NCBI GenBank assembly: GCA_028534125.1
Contig: CM052817.1
Coordinates: 70,744,001-70,808,000, forward strand
Direction: 5' to 3'
Length of the DNA: 64,000 bases
Origin: Lama glama
Lineage: Eukaryota
Shown: positions 13,791 to 26,930 of the stretch, one piece after another
How the letters are laid out: each line of letters opens with the position of its first letter
How positions within the stretch are numbered: position 1 is the first letter of the stretch
Notes under the pieces: model-generated
Told to the model about the DNA's origin: nothing
The model's database searches: none
Seen by the model: the letters and a program-made list of their open reading frames with translations, nothing else
Made by a program: the position numbers and the translations under genes

Positions 13791-13957
13791 CTCATTATTC
13801 TTCATTGGAAGAGGGCATAACAATGTAAAACCAAAATGCCAAGAAATGGATTGAGACTGTGGATTCTCTTTGACTTATCTTCCCAAGTGCATAATACAGG
13901 ACTGCAGCACATGGATGGCCAATATGTCCAGGCCCAAAGGCTTCATACTATGAGGTC
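13791..13957 (-). other. Candidate non-coding exon (167 nt) of a minus-strand host transcript
   Basis: Acceptor GCATTGTCTCTGTAG|GA and consensus donor GAG|GTGAGT in repeat-free sequence; stops in all three frames read from the acceptor. Confidence 0.45.
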
Positions 13958-15155
13958 CTACAGAGACAATGCATGAGCGGCTTATGCTCTCTTTGGAAAG
14001 CTTGGAGGATCCTAAGCCAAGTCTTCCCAGACTGTGAAAATCAGCTGCCCTTCTGAAAAGCCTTTGAAGTCTTCTTCTGGATAAGAAAACTGTAAAATGA
14101 ACCATGATGGGGTGGGAGACCAGGGTATTTGTAAAACAAGGCCTAGTTGGACTTAACAAGCTGACCTTCATACTTATCAGAGGCTCTTATCTAGGACATG
14201 GGAGAGGAGATCAAGTTATCACATTATACTTGGCAACCCCTGCTGGGCATGTCCACATGCACAGAATGAATCAAGTAGAGATAGCAATAGAAATGATTTA
14301 CCAAAAGTACTCATTTGGTCCTTACATACCTAAAGATTTATATTTGTCCAGAGGTTGAAGACGAATTCATCAACTGAGTGGAGGCTTAGGAAATTTAAAC
14401 AGAGTAAACGTGTTTGGAATTGGAATGAAGGGTTAGGAAGCTCTAGAAAACAATTGATAGATGACATGACAGCAAATGAACGTTGTCATTATCACTTGAC
14501 ATTTCATGCGTGTTTTCCTCATACACAGCAAAACAGCGTACTGACTGTAAACAAATTTGCCCTATTATCATTTTCTCAGCAGAGAATAAAACTTGTCCAT
14601 CTAGTTCTCTACTAAGAGACTTCCTTTGTCACACTATTATTGTTATTATTATTACAATTTCTATACATTTAAAATTCCATTTGCCAACTGGTTAAACTAA
14701 TAGAAGCCTTTTACAAGTTCAGCTTCTTCTATTTTTAATTTTACAGAAGCACACCAACCAGAAAACAGGCCTGTGACAGAATGGCACTCAGCTGCACAGC
14801 CCTAGCAAACAGCTCTTTTTCCTGCCTAATTATGGGAGCAGTTGCCGAAGGTAAACCATGTTCACTGGAAGTATATTATCTTAAAGAAGCAATAAATTTC
14901 ACTTTTAAATATGTAAATAACAATCTCATGAAATACTGGAGCAAGAACTTTCACTGGGGACTGACGACATATTGTGAAAGTCTCTGCTTCAGTATCGCTA
15001 TCTGAATGCACGTTCGTGGAGGCCTTTTTGTTGCTCTAGACAGTACTTTTGTGACTTTTCATCAATATTATATATTTCCTGAAAGCCTTCTTGATTTATG
15101 GTGTGCTACTTTTCTTTAAGCAGACACAGAAGTGCTAAATAACTTATGCTGATAC

Positions 15156-15256
15156 CTAGTTTCTAAGATCCAAGCTGTCTTGCAGATAAGCAGCTGTGAG
15201 CCGCAGGAAGGCCCTGGGTAATCTGATGCAAAACCTGACAGTTAAGCAGAGGTGCT
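15156..15256 (-). other. Candidate non-coding exon (101 nt)
   Basis: Acceptor TCTTCCTGTATTTTAG|AG, moderate donor TAG|GTATCA; stops in all frames. Confidence 0.25.
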
Positions 15257-15799
15257 CTAAAATACAGGAAGACCGGGGACCAAGAATCCATACCTCTGGA
15301 CAAGTGAATTTTTCTGTTTGTGATACCAGCACTTGCTTTAAGTGAGAAGCCCCATAATCCATGCAGCTGTAACATTTTGGATAAGATGATAAAGCAACCT
15401 GTCCTATTTAGTTAAGTAAATATTTTCCTATTTGGCAAATGCAAAATGTTTTAAATATAATTCAAACATCTTTGATATTGTGAATCATTTTCACTCTCTA
15501 AATAATAACTAAATCTTCCTATTCTCAGAGAAAAACAAAACAAAACTTATCTTAAATCTTTAAGGTCATCATCACTCTTTTTTATTTACAATCGTTTTCT
15601 TTACTAATTTATACAACTGTACTGTCTAGGTCAGATAATTCAAACTGATAGCAAGAAATTTAATTCATCAAGAAGCTTAAAAAACAAAAGGACCCCTACA
15701 TCCCAACCTACTTCAAGCACAGGACATTTATATAATCACTGTTATTCACAAAACTTGAGAGGTTAGGATACCAAATGAAATAATGTAGAGGCTGTATTA

Positions 15800-16035
15800 G
15801 CTAGTGATTAAAAACATGGATTTTGATATCAGACTGCCTTGACTCATTTCTTGCTTGAGTACTTATCAGTTCTGTGATACTGGAAAGGTTACTCAACCAG
15901 TGAAAACTCAGTCTCCTTATCTGTAAAATGGGTGTGATAACATAAACTACTTCAAAGGAGGTAGTCCTTGTAAGGCTCTCTGGGTATTCAGGGCTCACAG
16001 TGAATGCATGATGAATGTTAACTCTATTATTATTT
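15800..16035 (+). mobile_element. MIR SINE, near full length
   Basis: TAGTGATTAAAAACATGGATTTTGATATCAGACTGCCT...CTCAGTCTCCTTATCTGTAAAATGGG...AATGTTAACTCTATTATT. Confidence 0.85.
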
Positions 16036-16697
16036 TATACTATTTTCTAATAATCTAAATATCTTTAATAAGATGCTTTCCTTTAAGAGGTTTTGTGTAC
16101 AGTAAAAAAAATATAGTCAAGTCAAAACTTCCAACCTGAATCTTTTGTAGAATTTTATAGAAAGATAGTCAGAAGAATGATTGCTTTGTTTGGGAAAGGT
16201 AGATTTAACAATAAATAAGGAACTAGAAATCTATGATAACATAGAGGTTAGTTAAAACTGACTTGGAAAAGCCAGCATTAAGCAGATTTCCAACTAAAGT
16301 ACTTGAATTTCTAGACAAGAAGCAAAGATATTTAATGTTATATGCAGCTATTTTTTAATATAAAAGAGAACATATGGCAAAACTACAATATTCTATTTTC
16401 ACCAAAATTTCTGTTTAACTTTCATGAAAGTGAGAAAAATTCAAGGAATTATGAGAGCGTAAAAGAAGCATGCAATATAAAGGAATATGTGGGAGGGGGC
16501 TGAAATGCAGCTTATACAATCACATCTACGATGGCAAATACTATTTACAACAAAATTGATGTTTAATGAGATTTAAATTATATGCAGCCACCTAAAAGTT
16601 GACTAAGGAAACTGGAAAATATTGGAAAATGAAGGTGGCTGCTTATCTTCCCTCTAGCATTTCTAAATCTAAAAAATAAAAATGTTTATAAAACTCT

Positions 16698-16734
16698 CTT
16701 TAACACCTTTAACACCTTTAACACCTTTAACACC
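16698..16734. repeat. 9-bp tandem repeat (CTTTAACAC)x4
   Basis: Directly visible, perfect copies. Confidence 0.95.
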
Positions 16735-18199
16735 AAGCTTATCTTCTCCAGAGAAAAATATTAGCCTTTCATAATTCTGCTAGTCATGAATTTCATACAA
16801 ATAACCCTGGGAAGATTTGTTTCACAGGGTGCAGAGTTTCAGATGTAATACTGGAGAAGGATGTTGCATGCTATACACTGTATAGCTACGCCTGGTCTCA
16901 AAATTCTAGAGTCAGCACTGTAAGGAAATTAAAGTGACTACTTCCGAGGGGCTTTAAATGAAGCCCTAAGTGGACCGTAAGAGGAATGGGAGACAACTTA
17001 TAATTTCCTTTTTAAAGTGTGATGAGAGTATATTGTTTATGTCACAAAATTGCCCTGGACGATTTGAGAATACTTCAAAATAGAATTCCAAAGGAGTCAG
17101 GAAGAGCCACAAATATTTAACATATTTTGTCAAACACTATGTGACTTAGCCATAATAATGATCGAAAACAGAGAGGTTTAGGAGGAATGCACAGGTAAAG
17201 TCAAACCCCTGATGACTACAGGTGAGAGAAGGGCTAGGTGAGTGAATAAAAGTGCAGTAAGCAGCAAAGTTTGCTAAAAATGGTAAATAGTTTTGATGCC
17301 CCAAACCTAAGCTCATCTGACCTCTTGGAAGATAAAGTTGAAAAGAAATTGTTTGTAAAAGAACAGTGTGCTTCAGGGGTGGAGGGGATATTCCTTAAAA
17401 TAGAGATTGAAGATACACAACAATGTAAAAAGTGCATGAAAGGAAAACAATCTTTCTCAGTATAATCACTTTGTTTGCAGAAGCTAATACAACCTTCCTG
17501 CTTTCCCATAATGCTCATCAATTCCCTTTCTCCAGAAACAAGTCTAGGTGTTTCTTGAATTCATCTATGTGCTCCACCAACTGCCTTTCCCAGTAATTCA
17601 CTCCATATGCTGATCATCTTGTTCATGACATACTCTGCCCAGCATGGAAGGCAGACAAAGGCTACTCTTCAGGCTGACATCTGGCTGTCTCTTTCACAGA
17701 GCTGAGACCCTTTCAATGCTTCTCTTAGGTTTCCCCTTCACACACCCTGAACTGATTGAGCTACTGCTGAAAAGTTGTTCTTTATCCCTTATGAAAACCC
17801 ACAAGCAAAAGTTCAGTAAACTTCATTCTATAAATAAATAACCCATTACACATTATCCAGGCTATCATTTTTATAAAAAACTTAAAGAGTAACTTGAAAT
17901 ACTCTGCATTTCTATTTTTGTGATAGTTTGTTCCTTTTGGGAATTAATTTCTTTAGGAGAGCATTTTCCATTACACAGAGCTGCAGCATGATTATCATGT
18001 TTGCCCTCTAGAAATCAATGTCATGTTTAATTATTCTAATTCCATTTATTTCAAACAAGCTCAAACATGTATAAAACTTTTAACTTTAAATGCATGCATG
18101 CATATGTGTATTTATGCATAAAATGGGATATGTAAAACTATAAATGTATAAATAATTACACAGGTGGATAAACCTGTATTTAATTACCTTATGGGGTTT

Positions 18200-18875
18200 T
18201 TTTCCTTAAACTTTGTGTAATTTAAAAATATATCGTTTAATTTTCAGAAATCTTTCTTTTATTAATTTCTGATTTCATTCCACTATGGTCAAAGAATATA
18301 TTCTGTATGGTTTCAATCCTCTTATATTTATTGAACCTTGTTTAATGGCGCAGAGTATATTCTACCTGGTGAGTGTTCTGCTGATGGGTAGAATGTTCTA
18401 TAAATATCAATAAAATCAAGTTGGTTGATAGTGTTTTTCAGGTCTTCTTCCTCCTTAATGATTTTCTGCCTACCTGTTCTATCAATTTCTGAGAAAGGAG
18501 TGTTGAAATCTTTAAAATTGTAGAATTTTTCTATTTTTCTATCAATTTTTGCCTCATATACTTAGAAGTTATGTTACTAGTTGTATATACTTTCAGAATT
18601 TTATGTTCTTTTGATGAATTGATCCTTTTATCATTGTGAAATATCTCTCTGTATCGCTGATAATCTTCCTTGTTTGAAAGCCTATTTTGTGTGATATTAA
18701 AATAGCCACTCCAGTTTTCTTTATACTTCTAATAAATTTCTGAACATACACATGGTTGAGTCTTGCTATTTATCAAATATGATAATATCTGCCTTTTAAC
18801 TGGGGGTGTTTAGACTCTTTATATTTAATGTTATTATCATTATGTTTGGGTTTAAATCTACCATTTTGCTAGGCA
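18200..18875 (-). mobile_element. Ancient L1 ORF2 (endonuclease region) fragment
   Basis: TCAAGTTGGTTGATAGTGTTTTTCAGGTCTTC...TGAGAAAGGAGTGTTGAAATCT...AATAGCCACTCCAG matches the reverse complement of the L1 ORF2 5' part. Confidence 0.85.
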
Positions 18876-19519
18876 TTTGAGTAAAAACTTACAAGTCATG
18901 TAAATATTGAACTCTCACACTAGTTTGGTAACAGCACTACCATTCAAGAAACAAAAGATCCCTTAACACAAAGAACTTTAATTAAGAGCCATAGAAATAA
19001 ACTGACAATCTGAAACTCCCATTCTAGTCCCCAGAGAGTAGAGATCTAATTCCATTAACTTCAATTAAGTTCATACATCACTATGCAAAACAAGTAAGAG
19101 ACCGTGATCAAAATATTTGTTATCATAGAAAGTTCATTTTCTTATCACCCAATTATACTTTTTGAATGATGACTTCACAATCAAATTTGCATGACAGAAT
19201 GTTAACTCTAGCCAAATTCAGCAGGACTTTGTAATCTACCTTTCTTTTGGCGTGATCATCAAATGCTTTTATTTTCTGCCTCACTTTATATTATGCACTC
19301 AAAGTCTGTGCTAGTCAATTGTTTCATCATTAAAACAAAAATTAATTTCTCACCTCCCTTTTAGGATCACACCTAAAGTCATGCAATCAGGCCTATAAAG
19401 TACCAATATTTTTATTTGCATACATAATCACATATCCACTTTCTCTTAAAATAGCAAACAAATTTCATAGTAACTGCTCTTCCAAAAACACACACAAAAA
19501 AAACTCCCCAGAACTGTGG

Positions 19520-20735
19520 TATTGAAATACCATTTCCCACTGAAAGGAACCATAATTCCTTGGAGAAATGTCTCAATTCAGGTCTAGCATAAGAAATGAT
19601 CAAGAGGAACCTGTAGCATTCTGTCATACTATGTAGCAAGGAAGTTGTCAAGACCAGCACAGTTCTGTCAAAGTGCTCAGAAGCCAACTCGGATAAAAGA
19701 TGGGGCAATTTAAGCACTAATAGCGATAATAACTACAAAGTATTGACATATTAAATTCATGAGCTTTTAATGACATTAAAATACATACACACTGATCATT
19801 TTGGGCAGATGCTAAGAATCCATTCATTATTTTGAGCACTGATAAATAAAGGGAAAGAACTGGGCATGAAGCCTTCCTTTTCTATAAAACTGTAGCTCAG
19901 TGCAATTCAAACAGATGATGATAGGAAGTTTCTCTTTCTAGATATATTCCAGCTAATAAGTGAAAAAGAAAGACTAAAATTAGAAAATCACTTTTTGCAA
20001 CCCCTAATGAATTGACAGTTCCAATGAATGTTCATCAAAGTCAAATGAGAGAGAGAGCAAAAATTAGACATTATTTATCTCCCAGCAGAAGCCCCAAACT
20101 CCCATTATGACACAGTCTTGCCAAAACATAAACTTAATTCTGATCAAGCCTCTAGCTCTATCAATTTGAAGGCAATACAGGGAACAGAGGGACACATTAA
20201 AAGACACCTTTGGGAATGCAGTAACAAAATCCAGACTGTGGGAAACTACAGGACAAATTACCTAATTTCTTCACAACAGCAGCAAAGAAAACAAGAGATA
20301 GAGAGGCAAACTACAGATGAAGAAAAATTTAAGCGCCATATCACCATCTGTGAAAAGGTTGGATCCTAGTTCGGACAAAAGAAATGCTAAAAATTTATTT
20401 TAAAAAATCAAGGAAATGAAAATACTTGTGACTATTTGGTGATATTAAGAAATGACTGCTATTTATCGGGTGTGATAATGGTATTGTGGTTACAGCAAAG
20501 AAAGCGCCCTAAACTCTTAAAAATACGTACTGAAATATCTGTATATGAAATAATATTTTATCTTGAATTTTTTTCAAAGTAAGCCTGGCAGTGGGAGAAA
20601 GTGGGTAGGAATAGAAGCCATATATGGATCATTGTTCAGGCTGATTGAGGATAAATTAATTTCATTAAGCTATTCTCAATACTTTTGCATTTTGTTCATA
20701 ATTGTCTATGACAAAAAAAAATTCTAAAATAAAGA
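19520..20735 (+). mobile_element. L1MC4/5-like 3' region
   Basis: AAATACCATTTCCCACTGAAAGGAACCA...CCAGACTGTGGGAAACTACAGGACAAAT...GTGTGATAATGGTATTGTGGTTA. Confidence 0.8.
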
Positions 20736-23124
20736 AAAATCCTGCTCCTTATTTTATTCAAACTAAATGGTAAATAAATTGGAAGAAACCCATAAATAAT
20801 TTTATTTATAATAATCTAATAATAGGTAACAAAAAATGGAGAGCTATGAAAAGGTGAAATGGAGAGCTATGAAAGTAAGTCTTCACCATTTGGAAATATG
20901 CCATTTTCCCTATTTTAAAGAGTGTAAAATGATCCTAGGAAGAGCTCTGGTACTTGTCTTTAAGGCTGGTTTTCTCAAGGAAACAGAAGGCAACGATATT
21001 AAATAAAACCCCAAATCCTCTTCAGCAAATTTTAATGTACCATGCAGCAGCTTCTCCTTTTAAATACACTTCAGCTTCTTCCAAAAAACCTATGAATTTT
21101 ATTTGTTTATTGAATATGGTCAATTCTAGAAGAAATATCTAGAGTAAAATTTCTGTCAAAACTAGACTATATACACATATATAAAACTATCTTACTCTAT
21201 AACAATCCTAATTACCAATTTTATTCAAGAATATATTATTACCCAGGGTGTCAGACATGATCCGCTATCACATTTAATAAATGAACTGCTTGGAACTTCT
21301 ACATTTTTAGTGTGAGTGATCTCTTATACAATTGGGATGAGAACACAGGAGAAGGGGCATTCTTAATCTCCATATATAAAACATAAATTTCTAACAAGCA
21401 ATGAATTAAACAATGTTATCTTTCTTCTCTGTCTCCCCAGTTCCATCCCAGAATTTCCTATTAAATATTATTGTTATGGTGACATATGACATATTTTTTA
21501 AATTTTGAGAAAGATGGGCAGTGAAATTCTACTTCAATTCTTCATTCCCCATCTTTCACACAAACTACACCTACTTGAACTCAATAAATTGACATTCATA
21601 TTTACTTTGAGAGTGCAAAGGGTATTTTTTTCTTTACCTTAAAATGTGTCCCCAGAAAGGGGAAATCTAGGAAATTCTGAAACTTATTTTATGAGAGACT
21701 GACCATAAAGATGGGTGTGCTTTTCCATCACAGCCACTTTATAGCATTATTCATAACACATGAGTATCCTGAAGAGGTATTCAGCTATTTCAGAAGCCAC
21801 AGAAAATCAATAAATAAAAAATGCTATCCAGGAAGGGTAAGGCTAAAACCACTTGTCCCTATGCCTTATCAACAGTGGACAGAATATACTAAATAGTAGA
21901 AATTAAAGGTTCTCATCAAAACGGAGCAAAATTTCAGACCAACAATCACTTTGGGGCGACATGCATGTATAATTCTCAATATCCATTTAAAATTTAGTAA
22001 GTGCTCCGACAAAAGTTTTTTCTTAATTTAGTTTAGTGTAAACATTAATGATAGAGTCAGTAGTGATATTAAAGAAGTGTTACTAAAAACACTTTTCCCC
22101 ATGAAATTTCCAAAGAAAGACTCTTTTTCTAGGTTTCCAAATGTACCTCAGTGAGGTCTCCAAGAGGTATTTCCCACGAAGTCTATTATTTGCAGATTTC
22201 CCCCTCTATCTCACCTCAAAGATAACTAGGTATTTTAAAGTTCAGACTCCAATGTAACAATTCAGAAGTGAGTAATCTATATTATAGTTCCCTTGAGCTA
22301 ATATAAAATTTTTCATCCATTTCTACTGAGGAAAGAAAACTAACCATTTGTCATTTAGCAAGATATTAATTTGTTTTCACTGTTGACAAGTGAGACATGG
22401 AAATGTTGTGGGTAGGGAGAGAAAAACAGAAGAGATGAAGGTCATGTATCCCTCCCCCTCCATCACGCAACTTCACCTAAAATAAAGGGACAAAAGAGAG
22501 GTACCAGCACCTATTCAGAGAATAATGCTGATACCTCTAAAATCATAGTAACAAGTATCAGAAACTGATGGACTTCATACAAAGCTGAGCTATCAATACG
22601 ACTACCAATGACTTATTAAAACAAAGACATACTCCAAGATAAATCCAAGCTTTTTGTTCTTTTTCTCATTGTGGGTGTCTCATGGGACAAATTGCTTACT
22701 ATTGAGCAGAGAAAGGGATCAATGCATAACAACATTTCTTTCTTAAATTCCTTTAGCTTTGAATTCTGTGTAATCAACTCTTCCCACTTTTTTGTTTTTA
22801 AAATACAAATCTGAAAAGTATCAGCTTAAGTTTTCAACATGCCTTAAAAACTTACTTATGTACATGGCCAATTTTCATAAAATCTACCTTACATGAGAAA
22901 ACAGATGATTATTTATAGAATATGGTAGGAAACTTATTAAAAAATATTACATTTTAGGTTTAAAAATGCCAACTTTTGTCTTTGGACAGAGAAATGAAAT
23001 ACTGTGCTTAGGTTATATTTATTTCTATGCAGACTCTAAATCATAACATACATATATATGCATAAATTATAGAAATATTTAAATATATACATATGGTAGT
23101 AAAAAGGCCAAATAATTATTTCTG

Positions 23125-23149
23125 ATATATATATATATATATATATATA
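23125..23149. repeat. (AT)12 microsatellite
   Basis: Directly visible. Confidence 0.95.
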
Positions 23150-23849
23150 CCTTGAATAATATGAGAAGATACAGATAGACTCTGTATGTGCTATAGATTC
23201 AGAGAACAAATAATTGCTGGGGAAAGCTTTTCCTTTAAAGTTTTGCATGAATTCATCATCATTCAGGGTGGAAGAAAGTTGTAGCTACTGATCATCGGAA
23301 GCATCAAAGATCAACCCAGATCCATGCCTTCTGTATTTCTTGTCCTTCTATTCATTCTACATTGCTTCCTTTAAGGTACCCATTGCAAGAGACCCCTGGT
23401 TCTACCATTCGGTGGTGACAGTGTGCTACTGAGAATGTTGAGGACCCCCATCACAAAGGCCAGGGGCACTACAAGCCCTGTTACAGGAGCACTGAGAGAT
23501 TCAAATGAGCACCCACTGCATTTTTCCCTTCTCTATTCTTGCCAACCTTTAGTTACTTGTTATTTATTTTCTGTTGACCCAAAACAATTAGCACCATTCA
23601 ACTTTGGTCCTTTATGTTACAATATAAATAACTCCCCTTCAGTCCTCCATCCTTCATTATGACAGTTTAAAAAAATTAAAATAGTACTCATTACTATTTC
23701 TTCTTATATTAACAACTGGCCATGCTTCCTATCACTCTCGAATCATCACAAGACTGGAGAAAACCAGGTTCTCCTAAAAAGGTACCAAATCAGTGATTTG
23801 CGATCTGTCCCCTTGGCTTGATATTCAGCTGGTACTTATCCAGGAAGCC

Positions 23850-25440
23850 TTGCTCTCTCTAGTGTTTATGCTTTTGCGGTCGCCTTGAAATTTCTTTACT
23901 CTTGGTTTCCATAATCCCATTCTGTGATTTATAGGCTTCACTTTTTCTCACTGTCCCTGGAATGTTAATGTTTCTCAAAGTTCATATCCTTTACACTCAT
24001 CTCTGTTAACTGTTTTTCTTGTGGGAGTTTACCAGCCCCTATGTCTCAACCTAAATATTCATGCCTCCCAAATACATAGTTTTAACTCACATATCATTGC
24101 TGATCACCAGGTAAATATTACCAACTTCACCTGGGCATATTCTCCAAAAGCCTCAAATGTAATTTGCACATAACTGAATTTTTCAAATTATTCCTTCACT
24201 GCTCCCCATTCCCTGCCTTAAATTCACATTCCCCCAATTTACCCTACTTTGATTCATCCTGTAACTTCAATCAAGAGTAATGGCACCACTGTCTACTGAG
24301 AGATTGGGTATTTATCCTTGATCCTTACCTCAGTTGTCACCTCATACATCTGATAAATCTTTCAAACCAATAGAGTCTGGATAACATATATTTCCCTCCC
24401 CCTTTCCCTTTCAGTCTGTTGGGCCTTTCATCTGCTCTTGTCTGTACTACTGCAAGAGCATTCTACCTGGTTTCCATGACTCCAATCTCATCTCCCTGAA
24501 ATTTGCTTCCAAATCAGTTTGAGTGGCCTTTCTAAAATTTAAAGCTAGTAACGTTTTTTCTTCAAGGATCCCTTCTATATAGGATCAGTTCAGAACTTCC
24601 ATTGGCACACTTGGAAGTTCAGTCCTTCCCTGGCCACTGTTCCATACTTTTGTCCAACCTTTCTTTGTACATCTACATGTGGAATCTTTATTCAGCCATA
24701 AATTGTGTTTCCTCAATGTACTGTGCTATATTTTTGCAACTACTGTTCATTCTGTGTGGAATGTCTTCCTTTCTACTTCTCTGCATTCAGAAGGAATCAA
24801 CTGCTTTGCAAGGGTAAGAGTCAGAATCCAGTCCAGGAAAATAGACTCTAGATGATGCTATGCCACAGTCACTCTTCAGTTGTCTTTAGCCTGCTTTGAA
24901 GTTCCAATAAATCCTTCTGGTGTCTCTCTCATTTTTAGGCCTCTGTCTTTGGTTCCTTCCTTTACAAATTCTTCAGCCCTCTACCCTCCACCTCACTTCC
25001 TATGTCACAGCTTGTTTTTGTTTATCTGGCTCAGTAATAAGCCAGCAACGTGCCCTCTCTGTCTGGGCTATGGAATCCTTCCTCTGGAACTTCTCTGACG
25101 AACATTCTGCTGGGTATAGCCCAGAGATTCCAGCCTAGATGTGGCCTCATCCAGTGGAGAAATGGCTAGATCTCCTGGCAAAATTCTTCTTAGCCTTTAA
25201 GGCTCAGCTCAAACATTATACTCCTTTGTGAAGTTACTCCCGACCTTCCCAGTGTCATTAACTCTTAGGCTTTGAATAAATTCCATTATATAGCTTTCAT
25301 ATTGTTATAACTAAGTGTTTACCTTTTTCCTTCATTAGGCTATATGCTCCTTAAAGGAAGGATGTAGTATTTATTTCATATCAACAATACCAAATGATGC
25401 CAGGAATATAGTAGATGCATAATATTTAATCACATGATTG
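23850..25440 (+). mobile_element. Long degenerate L2, interrupted at about 24790-25170
   Basis: L2-like motifs: TACTACTGCAAGAGCATTCTACCTGGTTTCC, TTTAAGGCTCAGCTCAAACATTATACTCCTTTGTGAAG, GCTCCTTAAAGGAAGGA. Confidence 0.7.
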
Positions 25441-26074
25441 AAAAAAGACTTTTCAGTGTCATTTTTCTACAGTAAATATTCCCTTAAGACTAAAGAAATT
25501 CATGTTTCAATACACTGAAAGAATCTTGTATTTAATCTTTGGGACTAAGATTGTGGTTCCCCTAGGTTTCTGTTTATTCTCTCCAGCTTCTGTTTGTCTG
25601 TTTTTCTCTTACTCCCTTTTGCCTAATCTTTGTTTTCATCTGCACTAAATAAATATATATTTATTAAAGAAATGGTAAAGAAATGACTGAAATGGTTTAG
25701 TAGTACAAATTAAATCATCTCACTATATCCCCATCCTCTTATGAATAAGCATGGACAATCATCTCTGTTGGATCTTCAGGAAGAGCTTCAGGATATTTAA
25801 ATGAGGCCCATTCTCCCATCCCATTCTGTAGTGATCTACTTATTCTCATGGGAAGTAGACGGGATTAAAGATGGTGACTTAAGGTACATTAAGGCACATA
25901 TATTCTTTCCAAGCTAAAGCTTGCTTGTTCATAATAAATTTGGTGAACTATGGAGTGAAAATTTCCTTTACCCCGAATTCCTCTGTTTGCAAATTATGCT
26001 CATTTGCTTTTTAGAATATGTGATTTTATGAAAGATTAGGGAAAACTGCTGTTTGCTAACATCAAACTTTTCAC

Positions 26075-26930
26075 AGCAAGGTGGCTAAGAGCACAGGCTA
26101 AGAAGAGGTAGCCTGCTCGGGTTTGGATTTCAGGCCATGACTCCTTAGCTATATGTGGCAGACTTTGGCTACCTTTCCACCAGCCATAGCCCCCTGCCCA
26201 CTAATCTGTGCTTAAAAAGTCCCATTTAGTTCACATTCCACTGAGGGTCTATTTTCATGCGAAGTTGAGCCCCTGTCCTCCAGGGAGTAAATCTTCACCG
26301 GATTAAGCCAATCCTGTGATAGTTGTCTCCTTTCCTGGTGACTGGTTTAAGCCTGAGCATATAGTGTGATTCTAGCCAAAAAAACCTCAGGAGAAGACTG
26401 CCTGTAGAGTTTCTGGCAAGGGATTTATATTTCGTAAGCAGAGAGAGGAGAAAAGCGCTTCTCTCCTTTTCTTTCTGTTTGGTGACAGTTTTCTGTCTAT
26501 GATGTCTGGAAATATAGCAACCATCTTAAAGGGCAGCTGGTTTAGGGGGACAAGACAATTTGATAAGGACAGACCACAAAGTAGAAAGATGGAAACAAAA
26601 TGGGTCTTTGATGATGTTATTGAGTTAATCAACCCTAGAGTAGCTCTACCTCTGGACTTCTAGTTTGGTAAGATAATAAATGTCCTGATTGTTTTCTTTT
26701 CTTTTACTTATTATCAAAAGCATACTAACTGAAATGCTGTGTGACCTTAGGAAAGTTTCTTAACTTCTCTGTGCTTCATTTTCCTCTTTTGTAAAAGGTA
26801 AATAAGTTAATTAATCCTCACAGGATTCTTGTGAAGACTAAATAAAATGATATATGTAAAATATTGAAAAAAGTTTCTATTTATAAAAATTAAATAATGC
26901 TTAACTTTAATTTTTTGTCATTATTACTAT
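26075..26930 (+). mobile_element. MIR split by an MLT1 LTR
   Basis: 5' half GGTGGCTAAGAGCACAGGC...TTAGCTATA; 3' half CTGTGTGACCTTAGGAAAGTTTCTTAACTTCTCTGTGCTTCATTTTCCTC. Confidence 0.8.
26154..26736 (+). mobile_element. MLT1 (ERVL-MaLR) solo LTR, MLT1J-like
   Basis: Starts TGTGGCAGAC; ends CTACCTCTGGACTTCT...AGATAATAAATG...AAAAGCATACTAACTGAAATG; degenerate 5-bp TSD CTATA/CTGTG. Confidence 0.8.

Noticed and set aside
16698..16734. CRISPR-like or other prokaryotic repeat system
   Set aside because: No spacers; simple tandem repeat in mammalian DNA
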